Assembly (NCBI GenBank): GCA_029860045.1
Contig: JAOUBY010000001.1
Span: 1,026-65,025 of the forward strand
DNA: 64,000 bases
Direction: 5' to 3'
Source: Gammaproteobacteria bacterium
GTDB taxonomy: Bacteria > Pseudomonadota > Gammaproteobacteria > UBA9214
This document shows, in pieces, positions 1-10,997 of the stretch (positions are counted from its first letter, which is position 1; the number at the start of each line of letters is the position of its first letter). Position numbers and translations under genes: made by a program. The notes below the pieces were generated by a model. It was given only the letters and a program-made list of their open reading frames with translations, was not told where the DNA came from and did no database searches.

Positions 1-44
1 CCATTGAATTCCGTCCCCACGCCCTCATCTAATCTATAGTAAAG

Positions 45-857
45 ATGAGGTTTTCAATGAGCACTAACCGCCCGCCCGCTGTTGCTGGCATGTTTTATCC
101 AGCTAATCCGGCAGAATTATCCGCCGGGATCTGCGCGCTGCTGGCTGATGCCGATGCGGGTGCCTCCACGCGTTTACCCAAGGCACTGATTGTTCCCCAT
201 GCTGGCTATGTCTACTCGGGCCCGGTCGCGGCGAAAGCGTACGCCAGGCTGGCGCCGCTGGCCGGTCGTATCAAGCGGGTGGTGCTGCTGGGGCCGGTGC
301 ATCATGTGCCGGTGCGTGGTCTGGCATTGCCGCAGGCAGTGGCCTTTACTACGCCGCTGGGCGAGATTCCGCTGGATACCGCGGCCATGGCCGAATTGGC
401 GGGGCTGCCGCAAGTGTCCCGGAGCGATGCGGCCCATGCGCCGGAACATTCCCTGGAAGTGCACCTGCCTTTTCTGCAGACCGTGCTGGGTAGCTTCCGC
501 CTGTTGCCGCTGGCTGTCGGCAACGCCACGGCGGAGGAGGTTGCCGGCGTACTGGAGCGTGTGTGGGGCGGCGAAGAAACACTGATCGTCATCAGTTCCG
601 ACCTCTCGCACTTCCTGTCCTACGACGTGGCACGGCGCGTTGACCGGCAAACCGTGGAGCATATCCTTGCCCTGCAGCCGGACCTTGACCATGAACAGGC
701 CTGTGGCGCCACGCCGGTGAACGGGCTGCTGGCCTTTGCCGGTCGTCATGCCCTGCAGTCCGAGCTGCTGGACTTGCGCAACTCGGGTGACACGGCGGGT
801 GACAAGGCCCGCGTGGTGGGATATGCCGCGATTGCCTTCTATGAGTCAGCACGATGA
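45..857 (+). CDS. amrB: AmmeMemoRadiSam system protein B (MEMO1-family)
   Basis: 270 aa; MEMO1-like motifs (VPHAGYVYSG, SSDLSHF); first gene of 3-gene system, stop overlaps next gene start. Confidence 0.8.
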   Translation: MRFSMSTNRPPAVAGMFYPANPAELSAGICALLADADAGASTRLPKALIVPHAGYVYSGPVAAKAYARLAPLAGRIKRVVLLGPVHHVPVRGLALPQAVAFTTPLGEIPLDTAAMAELAGLPQVSRSDAAHAPEHSLEVHLPFLQTVLGSFRLLPLAVGNATAEEVAGVLERVWGGEETLIVISSDLSHFLSYDVARRVDRQTVEHILALQPDLDHEQACGATPVNGLLAFAGRHALQSELLDLRNSGDTAGDKARVVGYAAIAFYESAR

Positions 858-1432
858 CTGCGGTTAAACATGAACAGGGCGAGACCCTGCTGGCAGTGGC
901 GCGTTGTGCGATTGCGCGGCAGCTGGGTGAACAGGGTATCGATCACGATACGCCATCCTGGTTGCACGAGCCGGGCGCCAGTTTCGTTACCCTGACACAG
1001 CAGGGTGCGCTGCGCGGTTGTATTGGCAGTCTTGAAGCGTACCGTTCACTGGCAGAAGACGTGCATGCCAATGCTATTGCGGCGGCATTGCGCGACCCGC
1101 GTTTTCAGCCACTGGATGCCCGAGAGCTGTCACGAACGCGCATCGAGGTGTCGTTGCTTTCCGGAGCCAGGGATATGCAGTTTGACTCCGAGCAGCATGT
1201 CCTTAAGCAGTTGCGCCCCGGTGTTGACGGCGTGGTGCTGCAATACGGCAGTGCGCGTGGCACCTTCCTGCCGCAGGTGTGGGCGTCGCTGCCAGAGCCG
1301 GCTGACTATCTGGCACAGCTCAAGCGCAAGGCCGGCTTGCCGGCCGATTTCTGGCACGAGGATATCTGCCTGTCACGCTACAGCGTGACGAAGTGGAGAG
1401 AGCCGGTCGAGGCGGACCATGAACAGCCCTGA
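854..1432 (+). CDS. amrA: AmmeMemoRadiSam system protein A (AMMECR1 domain)
   Basis: 192 aa; AMMECR1-like core (GALRGCIGSLEAY...RDPRF); 4-nt overlap with upstream gene. Confidence 0.8.
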   Translation: MTAVKHEQGETLLAVARCAIARQLGEQGIDHDTPSWLHEPGASFVTLTQQGALRGCIGSLEAYRSLAEDVHANAIAAALRDPRFQPLDARELSRTRIEVSLLSGARDMQFDSEQHVLKQLRPGVDGVVLQYGSARGTFLPQVWASLPEPADYLAQLKRKAGLPADFWHEDICLSRYSVTKWREPVEADHEQP

Positions 1433-2510
1433 AGTAACCATGCAGCCGTTCCCTGCGCGCTGGTGGCACCCGTTGCCGGACGGGCGTATTCAGTGTGATC
1501 TGTGTCCGCGCGACTGCAAACTGAAGGAAGGTCAGCGTGGTGCCTGCTTTGTGCGCATGCGTGAAGGTGACCGGATGGTGCTGACGACCTACGGGCGTTC
1601 GTCCGGTTTCTGCATCGACCCCATCGAGAAGAAGCCGTTGAATCACTTCTATCCGGGTTCCTCGGTGCTGTCGTTTGGCACGGCCGGCTGCAACCTGGCC
1701 TGCAAGTTCTGCCAGAACTGGGATATCAGCAAATCCAGGGACATGGACCGGTTGATGGACCAGGCCAGTCCGGAGGCAATCGCGCTGGCGGCGCAAACCT
1801 CGGGCTGCAAGAGCGTTGCCTTCACCTACAACGACCCGGTGATCTTTGCCGAGTATGCCATCGATACGGCAACTGCCTGTCACGCGCAGGGCATCCAGAC
1901 CGTGGCGGTAACAGCGGGTTATATCCATGCTGAACCGGGGCGCGAGTTTTACGCGGCAATGGATGCCGCCAATGTGGACCTGAAGGCATTTACGGACGAG
2001 TTTTATTACAAGCTGACCGGTTCGCACTTGCAGCCGGTACTCGATTCGCTGGTCTACCTGCACCATGAAACGCAGGTGTGGACGGAAATCACCACCTTGC
2101 TGATTCCCGGCTACAACGATTCGGACCAGGAAATCGAGGCCATGAGCAAGTGGATAGTGAAAGAACTGGGTCAGGATGTGCCGCTGCATTTCACGGCCTT
2201 TCATCCGGACTTCAGGTTGCTGGAGGCACAGGGAACGACGCCCGAGGTGCTCTCAAGAGCACGGCATATTGCCCGGGCCGAGGGCGTGCGCTATGTCTAT
2301 ACCGGTAATGTGCATGACCATGAGGGTGGTACCACCTGCTGCCCGGATTGCAGCGAGCCACTCATAATTCGCGACTGGCACCGCATCCTGGACTATCGGT
2401 TAACCAAACACGGACACTGTCCGGATTGTGGTGCTGCGATAGCGGGGCGGTTTGGCAGTTATGAGGGCGGCTTCGGGCAGCGACGCATCCCGGTGCGGAT
2501 TGGCGCCTGA
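1419..2510 (+). CDS. amrS: AmmeMemoRadiSam system radical SAM enzyme
   Basis: 363 aa; CNLACKFCQNW radical-SAM CxxxCxxC motif plus N-terminal CDLCPRDC and C-terminal CCPDC/CPDC Cys clusters; overlaps amrA by 14 nt. Confidence 0.8.
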   Translation: MNSPEVTMQPFPARWWHPLPDGRIQCDLCPRDCKLKEGQRGACFVRMREGDRMVLTTYGRSSGFCIDPIEKKPLNHFYPGSSVLSFGTAGCNLACKFCQNWDISKSRDMDRLMDQASPEAIALAAQTSGCKSVAFTYNDPVIFAEYAIDTATACHAQGIQTVAVTAGYIHAEPGREFYAAMDAANVDLKAFTDEFYYKLTGSHLQPVLDSLVYLHHETQVWTEITTLLIPGYNDSDQEIEAMSKWIVKELGQDVPLHFTAFHPDFRLLEAQGTTPEVLSRARHIARAEGVRYVYTGNVHDHEGGTTCCPDCSEPLIIRDWHRILDYRLTKHGHCPDCGAAIAGRFGSYEGGFGQRRIPVRIGA

Positions 2511-2533
2511 GGCTGGTATCCAGCTGAGTAGCT

Positions 2534-3661
2534 TCACCCGTAGTTATTTTCAACAAACTGTTTCTGTATTTGCTCTACTTCTTCGATATTTTCAATCAGC
2601 GCCTTGACGCAGTCCCTGTCCAGCGTCTCGCCGGCAAGTTCATGCAGGGTTGCAATTGCGTCTTCATTGCTCCACGCATCCTTGTAGGGGCGTTGGCTGG
2701 TCAGCGCATCAAAGACATCGGCGACCGCGACGATACGCGCCTCCAAAGGAATCTGGTCGCCCTGCATCCCGGCGGGATAGCCGCTGCCGTTTACCGCCTC
2801 ATGATGGTGTTCTGCAATATTGCGCAGTACGTTCATGTATTCAACGTTCTCCAGGCCAAAGTTCCTGATAAGATCGTCAATGATTTCACGCCCCTTGTGT
2901 GCATGCGTTCTCATTATGGCTGCTTCTGCATCATCGAGTTGCCCGGGCTTGAGCAGTATTTTGTCGGGGATGCCAATCTTGCCGATATCGTGCAAGGGGG
3001 AAAACATGAAGATATGTTCGATATAACTGTCATCCAGGTCATAGTCTTCTGCCAGGGCGCTGGCAATGAGTCGGCTATAGCGTGACATGCGATCAATGTG
3101 ACTGCCCGTTTCCGGGTCGCGGGTGTGAGTGATATGGCCTGTTGTCTTGACTGCGGCGGTCAGCGTGTGAATCGAGGTTAATTCATTGATCACCATCAGG
3201 GAGATCATGTGGCCATATACATCTATCTGGCTCAGGGCGTTCTCTGAAAATACGTCTTTCTCATACGAATTGAAGAATATAAAGCCAATAAAATTACCGT
3301 CACTAAATATTGGCAGTGTATAGCTGGCGGCATACCCCTGGCGGCCGATCCTTCGGGTATGCTCATGCTCGCTGTCCTCATAAGTCAGCTGGTTATTGAT
3401 GACGCGTGGCAGGCCCTTGTCCAGTATTGCCTTGAGTGATGGGGCGTCTTCCAGCAGCGCCTGGTAATGATCAAGCGGGTTGTCGTCCCCGCTGCTGTGC
3501 ACGAAGGTTTTCAGGAGGGTTGTTTTGGGGTCGTAGATCGCAATAGCAATGCGGGCAATGAACGGGAAAACATCTCTAATTGATTCGTGTGCGGCAGCTA
3601 ATTTATTACGCAGGGGAATATGTTTGTTCAGGTCGTTAAGCGCATCGTGGTGTTTAGTCAT
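2534..3661 (-). CDS. HD-GYP domain c-di-GMP phosphodiesterase with N-terminal GAF-like sensor
   Basis: 375 aa; HD motif (SPLHDIGKIGIPD) and HHE..GSGYP motif; convergent with amrS. Confidence 0.75.
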   Translation of the reverse strand: MTKHHDALNDLNKHIPLRNKLAAAHESIRDVFPFIARIAIAIYDPKTTLLKTFVHSSGDDNPLDHYQALLEDAPSLKAILDKGLPRVINNQLTYEDSEHEHTRRIGRQGYAASYTLPIFSDGNFIGFIFFNSYEKDVFSENALSQIDVYGHMISLMVINELTSIHTLTAAVKTTGHITHTRDPETGSHIDRMSRYSRLIASALAEDYDLDDSYIEHIFMFSPLHDIGKIGIPDKILLKPGQLDDAEAAIMRTHAHKGREIIDDLIRNFGLENVEYMNVLRNIAEHHHEAVNGSGYPAGMQGDQIPLEARIVAVADVFDALTSQRPYKDAWSNEDAIATLHELAGETLDRDCVKALIENIEEVEQIQKQFVENNYG

Positions 3662-3986
3662 GACTGCCCCGGATGGTGGTGCCCAAGAGAGTTAAAGGTA
3701 AATTCGTCTTTCCGCAATTAACACCCTGTGACAGTAGTATACATAACCCGGTTACCGGATCATGTATTTCTGATTAAGGAGACTGTATCCAGCAAACCGG
3801 ACCAGAGGAAGTTTACATCCGGTAAACGGAGCAGGGGTGTGTTCGCATGTTGCAGACGAGCCGGGGAAATGACGTTTCATGCAGATCTTGCCGATCACGT
3901 CAGCTGTCTGGATGCGAGCGCCAGGCGCGTGATGCAAGTCGTGCCGGGCAACCGGCAGGAACCTGTCATGGCACTGTAGCTGCGCG

Positions 3987-4652
3987 TTACTGCTCCCACC
4001 GTTCCAGTTCGATAGACAGGCAAAGACGTACGGTCTGGCTAACCATGAACCGGTGACTGCGCATGTCGAACTCCACCCGGTCAACCTGGCCGGTACCACG
4101 TATGTAAATTTGTTCCGGACGGCCGTCCTGGCCACTATCGAGTACGTCAACCTCGATATCGAATGCCACGGGCTGCTTGACGCCATGCAGGGTCAGGTCC
4201 CCGTAGATGTAGGCGTGTATCGGGTTGTGCCAATGGAACTCCCGGCCTTCGAACAGGATCTCGGGGTAGTGTTCGATATCCATGAAGCCGTGGCCCTGGA
4301 CCAGCGAGTCGAGGTCGGGATTGCTGGATTCCATGCTGGTGGTATGTATCAGCAGCAGCGCCCTTCCAGGGCTACCCACTGCAGGTGGCAGGCTGAGGCC
4401 GCCGACGATGTTGGTAAATTCACCACGGAATTCCTGGCGTGGGAAATGTCGCACACAGAATCCGACCCGTGAGTTGCCGGGAAGGATGCGGTACAGGCGA
4501 CCCTCTGTTGCAGCTTCCCGCATTTCCGCCAGCAGCTTTGCATCGACACGCCCGCCCTCGAAAGGGGTGCAAGGCTCGGAAGCGGCAGCGCCACCAGCCA
4601 TCAGCACCAGCAGAACGGACAGGACAAGATACGGAAAGCCGGAAAGTTGCAT
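3987..4652 (-). CDS. YceI-family periplasmic (polyisoprenoid-binding) protein
   Basis: ORF 3987..4727; likely start at MQLSGFPYLVLSVLLVLMAGGAAAS signal peptide (4652); YceI-like length and beta-barrel pattern. Confidence 0.6.
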   Translation of the reverse strand: MQLSGFPYLVLSVLLVLMAGGAAASEPCTPFEGGRVDAKLLAEMREAATEGRLYRILPGNSRVGFCVRHFPRQEFRGEFTNIVGGLSLPPAVGSPGRALLLIHTTSMESSNPDLDSLVQGHGFMDIEHYPEILFEGREFHWHNPIHAYIYGDLTLHGVKQPVAFDIEVDVLDSGQDGRPEQIYIRGTGQVDRVEFDMRSHRFMVSQTVRLCLSIELERWEQ

Positions 4653-4760
4653 GTTGCGGTAACGGGGTTGATTAATCCGGTTATCAGGATAGATCAGCGG
4701 CTGGTTCTGTAACTTGATCGTGATCAAATAATGTTACGGTAACCGGTGCCGCACCTGGAC

Positions 4761-5393
4761 TTACTGACGTATCAATTCATTCTGGTCGGTATGCTCAAAC
4801 AGCTTTCCATAGATCTCTACAATTGTCGTTTCTGAATATGAAAGCCTGCCATTTCCTGCAGTGACCCGGTGGCGAAACTCTGTAGTACGCGCATTGCGCT
4901 GCATGAAGGGTGATTGAATGATTTGCCAGTCTTTGTCATCAAGTTTTGCAGAGACTTCCAGGATTGCGCTGCCATCCCCTGTTTTCTCACCGTTGTAGGT
5001 TCCTCCGGCAAGTACACTGACTGCCCGGGGTATGGTCAGTGAATGCATGATGATCCCTGCCTCTGCATCCCACATCCAGTAACCGGATTCGTCATGAAAG
5101 ACCCTGTCGTTTGATTTGCGTTGGACGATTTGACGATAGTGGACGGCCGCCAGCACCTGCGACTCCGCGTTGGTGACATCACCAATGGCGCTATAGGTAA
5201 TGGTTTCATAGTAAGGATTGTTCTCAGCGCCGTCCGGTTCAGGAGCAACGTCAAGCCCTTTATCGCCCTTCCAGACACCGATAAGTTCCCCTAGCGGGCC
5301 ATAGCCTGTTTCATTGGTGCCACTCATCTTTTTTCCATGATTGTCTGTTGGAGTCTGATGGCCTGTATTTGTGCTTTCTGTTGCCTGGTGCAA
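4761..5393 (-). CDS. heme-binding beta-barrel (nitrobindin/THAP4-like, DUF1794) protein
   Basis: 210 aa; GVWKGDKG motif typical of nitrobindin-like barrels; start may be an internal Met (MSGTNE..). Confidence 0.55.
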   Translation of the reverse strand: MHQATESTNTGHQTPTDNHGKKMSGTNETGYGPLGELIGVWKGDKGLDVAPEPDGAENNPYYETITYSAIGDVTNAESQVLAAVHYRQIVQRKSNDRVFHDESGYWMWDAEAGIIMHSLTIPRAVSVLAGGTYNGEKTGDGSAILEVSAKLDDKDWQIIQSPFMQRNARTTEFRHRVTAGNGRLSYSETTIVEIYGKLFEHTDQNELIRQ

Positions 5394-5395
5394 GA

Positions 5396-6238
5396 TTAAG
5401 GTTTTGAGCTTTCCCGGGCGGGCAAAAACAGCATTGGGTCCACGCGTGCATCGTTCAGGCTGACGCCCCAGTGCAGGTGCGGGCCGGTGACGCGGCCGGT
5501 CATGCCGATTTTCCCAATCACGTCGCCTGTTTCGACGCGAGCGCCAGGTGCGACGTCAATGGTGTTCATGTGGCAATACATGGTGACCAGTCCCTGGCCG
5601 TGATCGATGAACACGGTGTTGCCGTTGAAGAAGTAGTCGCCGGTATTAATAATGGTACCCGGGGCAGGGGCCATGATCGGCGTGCCTTCCGGGGCGGCAA
5701 TATCGAGGCCACTGTGTGGCTTGCGTGGCTGGTCGTTAAAGAAGCGCCGCAGCCCAAACGGGCTGCTGGTCTCGCCATCAACCGGCCTGCGGAATGTCAC
5801 CACGACGTTGTCCTGGTCCGACCAGTGCTCCAGTGCGGTATTGATTGATTTTTTCTCGCGGATGATACGTTCCATGTCGCGCTTCTCGGGGTTTACCTTG
5901 CGCTTGTCCTTGATGGTGATGCGTTGTTCTTCGTAGTCTTTTGCATTGACACTAAAGGCGATAGTGAGCGGCTTGCCCTGTACGGTTTTTGCGTCCAGAT
6001 GATGGCGGCCCGGTTTGGTGCCCAGTGACAGGCCGATCACGGCTGTGTTCTCACTGTCTTTGTTTGTGATCAGCACTTTGCGATCCCGGTAGCGTGCGCT
6101 GGCAGGGTCGATATCCGCAGGCAGCTTGATAATGGCGATACCGCCGGGGACCGGGGTGGTGTCGGGGGGCAGGGCAAAGATAGGTGAGGTGGTGAGCAGT
6201 AGAACAACAAGCAGGATGTGGGCCGTGATGCGGTGCAT
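5396..6238 (-). CDS. M23 family metallopeptidase (murein endopeptidase-like)
   Basis: 280 aa; signal peptide; HxxxD / HLHWG LytM-type motifs (SGLDIAAPEGTPI, GPHLHWGVS). Confidence 0.8.
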   Translation of the reverse strand: MHRITAHILLVVLLLTTSPIFALPPDTTPVPGGIAIIKLPADIDPASARYRDRKVLITNKDSENTAVIGLSLGTKPGRHHLDAKTVQGKPLTIAFSVNAKDYEEQRITIKDKRKVNPEKRDMERIIREKKSINTALEHWSDQDNVVVTFRRPVDGETSSPFGLRRFFNDQPRKPHSGLDIAAPEGTPIMAPAPGTIINTGDYFFNGNTVFIDHGQGLVTMYCHMNTIDVAPGARVETGDVIGKIGMTGRVTGPHLHWGVSLNDARVDPMLFLPARESSKP

Positions 6239-6283
6239 GATCTGGTTCCTGAGTGATTATGTGTCTGGCAGTTCCAAGGTTAC

Positions 6284-6365
6284 GTCATTGCGAGGAACAA
6301 GGTGACGAAGCAATCTCTTAATGAGGATCCCACGTTATGAGATTGTTGCGCTTCGCTCGCAATGA
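6284..6365. repeat. 82-bp palindromic extragenic repeat (GTCATTGCGAG...CTCGCAATGAC), family 2 copy 1
   Basis: Terminal inverted repeats GTCATTGCGA / TCGCAATGAC and internal GCAATCTC / GAGATTG arms; second copy at 18985-19070. Confidence 0.7.
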
Positions 6366-6384
6366 CAAGGCTAGTGTGTGCATT

Positions 6385-7767
6385 TCAGGACGACTTTACC
6401 TCATCAACCGTACATAAAAGTTTACCGTCGGCAAGTCGTGTCTCGACCTGTTCGCCGGGCTTGATGTCGGCGGCCGTGCGCAGGATTTTGCGTTGCCCCG
6501 GTCGGCTGACAATGGCATAGCCGCGTTGCAGCGTCGCTAGCGGGCTGATGGTATCCAGTGACCGGCAGGCGACTGCAAGCTGGCGTTGCCGGGTCTGCAG
6601 CAACGTGTGTATGGCGGTGTGCAGGCGTTGCTCGAGTGCATGTCTTTGCAGCTCGGTACGATGGATACGATGCGTCGGGGTTTGCTGTTTCAGTGCTGCG
6701 AGTGCTACCTGAAGAGAGGCTCGCAAGTTATTGAAATATGAGCGTGTGGCCAGCCGCATGCGGCCCTCCAGCTCGTCCAGGCGCTGGGCCTGCTGGCGCA
6801 GGTGCTGGCCCGGGTGGCGCAGCTTCAGGCGTTGTTCCAGCCAGGTCATGCGCTGGCGGGCATCGACCGCGCGTTGTTGCATGTGGCGGGTGATGCGCTG
6901 TGCCAGGCCGGTTACCTGCTGCAGCCATTCTCCCTGGTCTGGGCTCAGCAGTTCGGCGGCGGCCGATGGCGTGGGCGCGCGCTGATCAGCGACAAAGTCG
7001 GCGATAGTAAAGTCCACCTCGTGACCGACTGCACTGACGACCGGGATGTGACAGGCATGCAGTGCGCGTGCCACGGTTTCCTCATTGAACGCCCACAGGT
7101 CTTCCAGCGAACCACCGCCACGCGTGACTATCAACACATCACACTCGTTGCGGTTTGCGGCGGTGTGCAACATGGCAGCGATCTCATTGCCGGCGTCCTT
7201 GCCCTGTACAGGAACCGGATAAATCAGTACCGGGATGGCGGGAAAACGCCGCCGCAGTACACTGAGTACATCACGGATAGCTGCGCCGGTTGGCGAGGTG
7301 ATGACGCCAATACGTGTCGGCAGGGCGGGCAGGGTCTTTTTCCCGGCCGCATCAAACAGCCCCTCGGCTTCAAGTTTCTCCTTCAGGGCGTCGAAGGCAC
7401 GTTGCAAGACACCGTCACCGGCCTCCTGCATGCTCTCGGCAATCAGCTGGTAGTCACCACGTGCCTCGTACAGGCTGACCTTTGCCCGCACCAGTACCTG
7501 CATGCCTTCTTCCGGTCGAAAGCGCAGCAACTGGTTACGGCTGCGGAACATGGCGCCACGCACCTGCGCCTGGCTGTCCTTGAGCGTGAAATAGAGGTGG
7601 CCGGAAGAGGGGCGGGCGATGTTAGACAGTTCGCCCTCAATCCAGACGCGCGCCAGGCCCTGCTCCAGCAGGGTGCGTGCTGTCTGGTTGAGCCGGGAGA
7701 CACTGAATACCTCGCGTTCCGGCGGCATCATGCCCTGTTCTGTGGCGGATTCCGACATGGGGGACAA
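6385..7767 (-). CDS. xseA: exodeoxyribonuclease VII large subunit
   Basis: 460 aa; FSVSRLNQTARTLLE N-terminus as in XseA; divergent from guaB as in E. coli; true start may be the internal MMPPER Met. Confidence 0.85.
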   Translation of the reverse strand: MSPMSESATEQGMMPPEREVFSVSRLNQTARTLLEQGLARVWIEGELSNIARPSSGHLYFTLKDSQAQVRGAMFRSRNQLLRFRPEEGMQVLVRAKVSLYEARGDYQLIAESMQEAGDGVLQRAFDALKEKLEAEGLFDAAGKKTLPALPTRIGVITSPTGAAIRDVLSVLRRRFPAIPVLIYPVPVQGKDAGNEIAAMLHTAANRNECDVLIVTRGGGSLEDLWAFNEETVARALHACHIPVVSAVGHEVDFTIADFVADQRAPTPSAAAELLSPDQGEWLQQVTGLAQRITRHMQQRAVDARQRMTWLEQRLKLRHPGQHLRQQAQRLDELEGRMRLATRSYFNNLRASLQVALAALKQQTPTHRIHRTELQRHALEQRLHTAIHTLLQTRQRQLAVACRSLDTISPLATLQRGYAIVSRPGQRKILRTAADIKPGEQVETRLADGKLLCTVDEVKSS

Positions 7768-7845
7768 GGATACCCGAATCCGGACTGCGTTCGCGTCCCG
7801 GGCGGAGAAAATTTAAGCGGATTGGCGCCGAAAAGCAGTACAGTG

Positions 7846-7878
7846 CGGTTTACCGGGGCAGCCCCAGTCCCTATAATC
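7846..7878 (+). promoter_or_regulatory. candidate sigma70 promoter of guaBA (TTTACC-N17-TATAAT)
   Basis: Perfect TATAAT at 7873-7878, weak -35 17 nt upstream, 35 nt before guaB ATG. Confidence 0.35.
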
Positions 7879-7912
7879 AGCGGTCAACTTCAACCGGCGG
7901 AAACCGAACCCT

Positions 7913-9373
7913 ATGCGCATAGTGCAGGAAGCCCTTACCTTTGACGATGTCCTGCTATTGCCTGCGCATTCCACTGTCCTGCCGCGCGACGTCAGCCTGC
8001 ACAGTCAGCTGACCCGCGATATTCGTCTGAACATCCCGGTACTCTCGGCGGCCATGGATACCGTCACCGAGGCACGCCTTGCCATCACACTGGCGCAGGA
8101 AGGCGGCATCGGCATTGTGCACAAAAATCTCAGCATCGAGCAACAGGCTGCCGAGGTGCGTGGCGTCAAGAAGTTCGAGAGCGGTGTCATCAAAGACCCC
8201 ATCACGGTGTCCCCGGATACCAGCATCGAGGATGTGATCGCGTTGACTCGCGCCAACAATATTTCCGGCGTGCCGGTGGTGGATGGTGACGACCTCATTG
8301 GTATCGTCACCAGTCGTGACCGTCGCTTTGAAACCAATCTGAGCAAGCCCGTCACCAGTGTGATGACACCGAAGGATCAACTGGTGACAGTCAGGGAAGG
8401 TGCCTCCCGGGAAGAGGTCATTGCGCTGTTGCACAAGCATCGCATTGAGCGTGTGCTGGTCATCAACGATGACTTCAAGTTGCGCGGCATGATTACCGTG
8501 AAGGACATCCAGAAGTCCACCGATTTTCCCAACGCCTGCAAGGACGAGCACAGTCGCCTGCGTGTCGGGGCAGCAGTCGGTACCGGCGGCGATAGCGAGG
8601 CGCGTATCGATGCGCTGGCACAGGCCGAGGCCGACGTGGTCATCGTCGACACTGCACATGGTCACTCGCAGGGTGTGCTGGACCGGGTGCGCTGGGTGAA
8701 ACAACATTATCCACAGCTGCAGGTGATCGGCGGCAACATCGCCACCGCGGCAGCGGCACGTGCACTGGTTGATGCCGGGGCAGACGCCGTCAAGGTCGGT
8801 ATTGGCCCGGGCTCGATCTGTACCACGCGGATCATTTCCGGTATCGGTGTGCCGCAAATCAGTGCTGTTGCCAATGTCGCGGAAGAGTTGCGCAAGGACG
8901 GTATCCCGCTGATCGCCGATGGTGGTATCCGCTATTCGGGTGACGTGGCCAAGGCGCTGGCGGCCGGGGCCTGGTCGGTGATGATCGGCAGCATGCTTGC
9001 CGGTACCGAGGAGGCGCCGGGCGAGGTCGAGCTTTACCAGGGCCGGTCCTACAAGGCCTACCGTGGCATGGGTTCGCTGGGTGCCATGAAGCAGGGTTCC
9101 AGTGACCGCTACTTCCAGGAAGGCGGTGAACAGGACAAGCTGGTCCCTGAGGGCATCGAGGGTCGGGTCCCGTACAAGGGTTCCATGATTGCGATCCTGC
9201 ATCAGTTGATGGGCGGGGTGCGTTCCAGCATGGGCTATACCGGCTGTGCCAGCATCGAGGAGATGCGCACCCGTCCCGAGTTTATCCGCGTGACCAATGC
9301 CGGCATGCGTGAGAGCCACGTACACGATGTTTCGATTACCAAGGAAGCGCCGAACTACCGAACGGAAAGCTGA
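7913..9373 (+). CDS. guaB: IMP dehydrogenase
   Basis: 486 aa; near-identical N-terminus to GuaB ([19 protein letters not shown]), CBS pair, catalytic [11 protein letters not shown]. Confidence 0.95.
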   Translation: MRIVQEALTFDDVLLLPAHSTVLPRDVSLHSQLTRDIRLNIPVLSAAMDTVTEARLAITLAQEGGIGIVHKNLSIEQQAAEVRGVKKFESGVIKDPITVSPDTSIEDVIALTRANNISGVPVVDGDDLIGIVTSRDRRFETNLSKPVTSVMTPKDQLVTVREGASREEVIALLHKHRIERVLVINDDFKLRGMITVKDIQKSTDFPNACKDEHSRLRVGAAVGTGGDSEARIDALAQAEADVVIVDTAHGHSQGVLDRVRWVKQHYPQLQVIGGNIATAAAARALVDAGADAVKVGIGPGSICTTRIISGIGVPQISAVANVAEELRKDGIPLIADGGIRYSGDVAKALAAGAWSVMIGSMLAGTEEAPGEVELYQGRSYKAYRGMGSLGAMKQGSSDRYFQEGGEQDKLVPEGIEGRVPYKGSMIAILHQLMGGVRSSMGYTGCASIEEMRTRPEFIRVTNAGMRESHVHDVSITKEAPNYRTES

Positions 9374-9405
9374 GGCAGCATCGGCGACCCTGTCCGTACA
9401 CTTTC

Positions 9406-10986
9406 ATGACTGACAATATTCATGCCCACCGGATCCTGATACTGGATTTCGGCTCCCAGTACACCCAGCTGATTGCGCGCCGCGTGCGTGAACTGGGTGT
9501 CTATTGCGAGATCTTTCCATGGGATATCGAGCCGGAAAGAATTGAAGAATTTGCCGCGCGCGGCTTCATCCTGTCCGGCGGACCCGAGACGGCCACGGCT
9601 GCCGAGGCCCCGCGTGTACCGGAGGTCGTGTTTTCCAGTGGCATGCCCGTGCTTGGTATTTGCTATGGCATGCAGAGTATGGCGGCACAGCTCGGTGGCC
9701 AGGTGGAGAACGCCGATCACCATGAATACGGTTATGCGCAGGTGCGCGCGCGCGGGCATTCCCGCCTGCTCAAGGATATCGAGGATCACGCCACCGAAGA
9801 TGGTTACGGCCTGCTCGATGTATGGATGAGTCATGGCGATCGCGTCATGCAGTTGCCGGAAGGATTCAAGGTGATTGCCAGCACCGACAGCGCGCCTATC
9901 GCCGGCATGGCGGATGACGCACGCGGTTACTATGGCATCCAGTTCCACCCGGAAGTGACGCACACCCACCAGGGCGGCCGGATCCTGCAGCGTTTCGTGA
10001 TCGAAATCTGCGACTGTGATGCACTGTGGACGTCGGATCATATCGTCGAGAGCAGCATCTATGATATTCGTGCACAGGTTGGTAGCGGCAAGGTGCTGCT
10101 GGGCCTGTCCGGTGGCGTCGACTCTTCGGTGGTTGCCGCCCTGTTGCACAAGGCGATTGGCGACCAGCTGGTGTGTGTGTTTGTCGATAATGGACTGCTG
10201 CGCCATCACGAGGGTGACCAGGTGATGGCCACCTTTGCCGAGCACATGGGCGTGCATGTTATCCGGGTTGATGCCGAACAACGCTTCCTGGCTGCGCTGG
10301 AAGGCGTGGCGGACCCGGAGCAGAAACGCAAGGTCATCGGTAACCTGTTTATCGAGGTGTTCGAGGAAGAGGCCGGCAAGCTGCCTGAGGATACCCGCTG
10401 GCTGGCACAGGGTACGATTTATCCCGACGTGATCGAGTCGGCCGGCGCCAGCACCGGCAAGGCGCACCTGATCAAGTCGCATCACAATGTCGGTGGCCTG
10501 CCCGAGGAGATGAAGCTGGAACTTCTGGAGCCGCTGCGTGAGCTGTTCAAGGACGAGGTGCGCAAGCTCGGCGTTGAACTCGGTCTGCCCTATGACATGG
10601 TCTATCGCCACCCCTTCCCGGGTCCCGGTCTGGGCGTGCGCATCCTCGGCGAGGTGAAAAAGGAATACGCCGACTGCCTGCGCCTGGCCGATCACATCTT
10701 CATCGAGGAACTGCGCAATAATGACCTGTATGACAAGGTCAGCCAGGCCTTCACGGTGTTTCTGCCGGTGCGTTCGGTGGGGGTGACCGGCGACGGGCGT
10801 CGCTATTCCTGGGTGGTGGCATTGCGTGCCGTGGAGACTATCGATTTCATGACGGCCCGCTGGGCGCACTTGCCCTATGAATTCCTGGATACGGTATCGC
10901 GTCGTATCATCAATGAAGTGCCGCACATCTCGCGCGTGGCGTACGATATTTCCGGCAAGCCGCCGGCGACCATCGAGTGGGAATAG
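9406..10986 (+). CDS. guaA: GMP synthase (glutamine-hydrolysing)
   Basis: 526 aa; [26 protein letters not shown] start, ends ...PATIEWE like E. coli GuaA. Confidence 0.95.
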   Translation: MTDNIHAHRILILDFGSQYTQLIARRVRELGVYCEIFPWDIEPERIEEFAARGFILSGGPETATAAEAPRVPEVVFSSGMPVLGICYGMQSMAAQLGGQVENADHHEYGYAQVRARGHSRLLKDIEDHATEDGYGLLDVWMSHGDRVMQLPEGFKVIASTDSAPIAGMADDARGYYGIQFHPEVTHTHQGGRILQRFVIEICDCDALWTSDHIVESSIYDIRAQVGSGKVLLGLSGGVDSSVVAALLHKAIGDQLVCVFVDNGLLRHHEGDQVMATFAEHMGVHVIRVDAEQRFLAALEGVADPEQKRKVIGNLFIEVFEEEAGKLPEDTRWLAQGTIYPDVIESAGASTGKAHLIKSHHNVGGLPEEMKLELLEPLRELFKDEVRKLGVELGLPYDMVYRHPFPGPGLGVRILGEVKKEYADCLRLADHIFIEELRNNDLYDKVSQAFTVFLPVRSVGVTGDGRRYSWVVALRAVETIDFMTARWAHLPYEFLDTVSRRIINEVPHISRVAYDISGKPPATIEWE

Positions 10987-10997
10987 GGAAAGTTGCA

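Noticed and set aside
1320-2204. 294-aa ORF antisense to the radical SAM gene
   Set aside because: Antisense artefact of a GC-rich gene; no motifs
6802-7944. 380-aa ORF antisense to xseA
   Set aside because: Overlaps the xseA coding strand entirely and runs into the guaB promoter; no recognisable domains
7955-9325. 456-aa ORF antisense to guaB, plus 116-, 91- and 62-aa nested ORFs
   Set aside because: Fully embedded antisense to a highly conserved, correctly framed guaB; Arg/His/Gly-rich composition typical of GC-rich antisense frames
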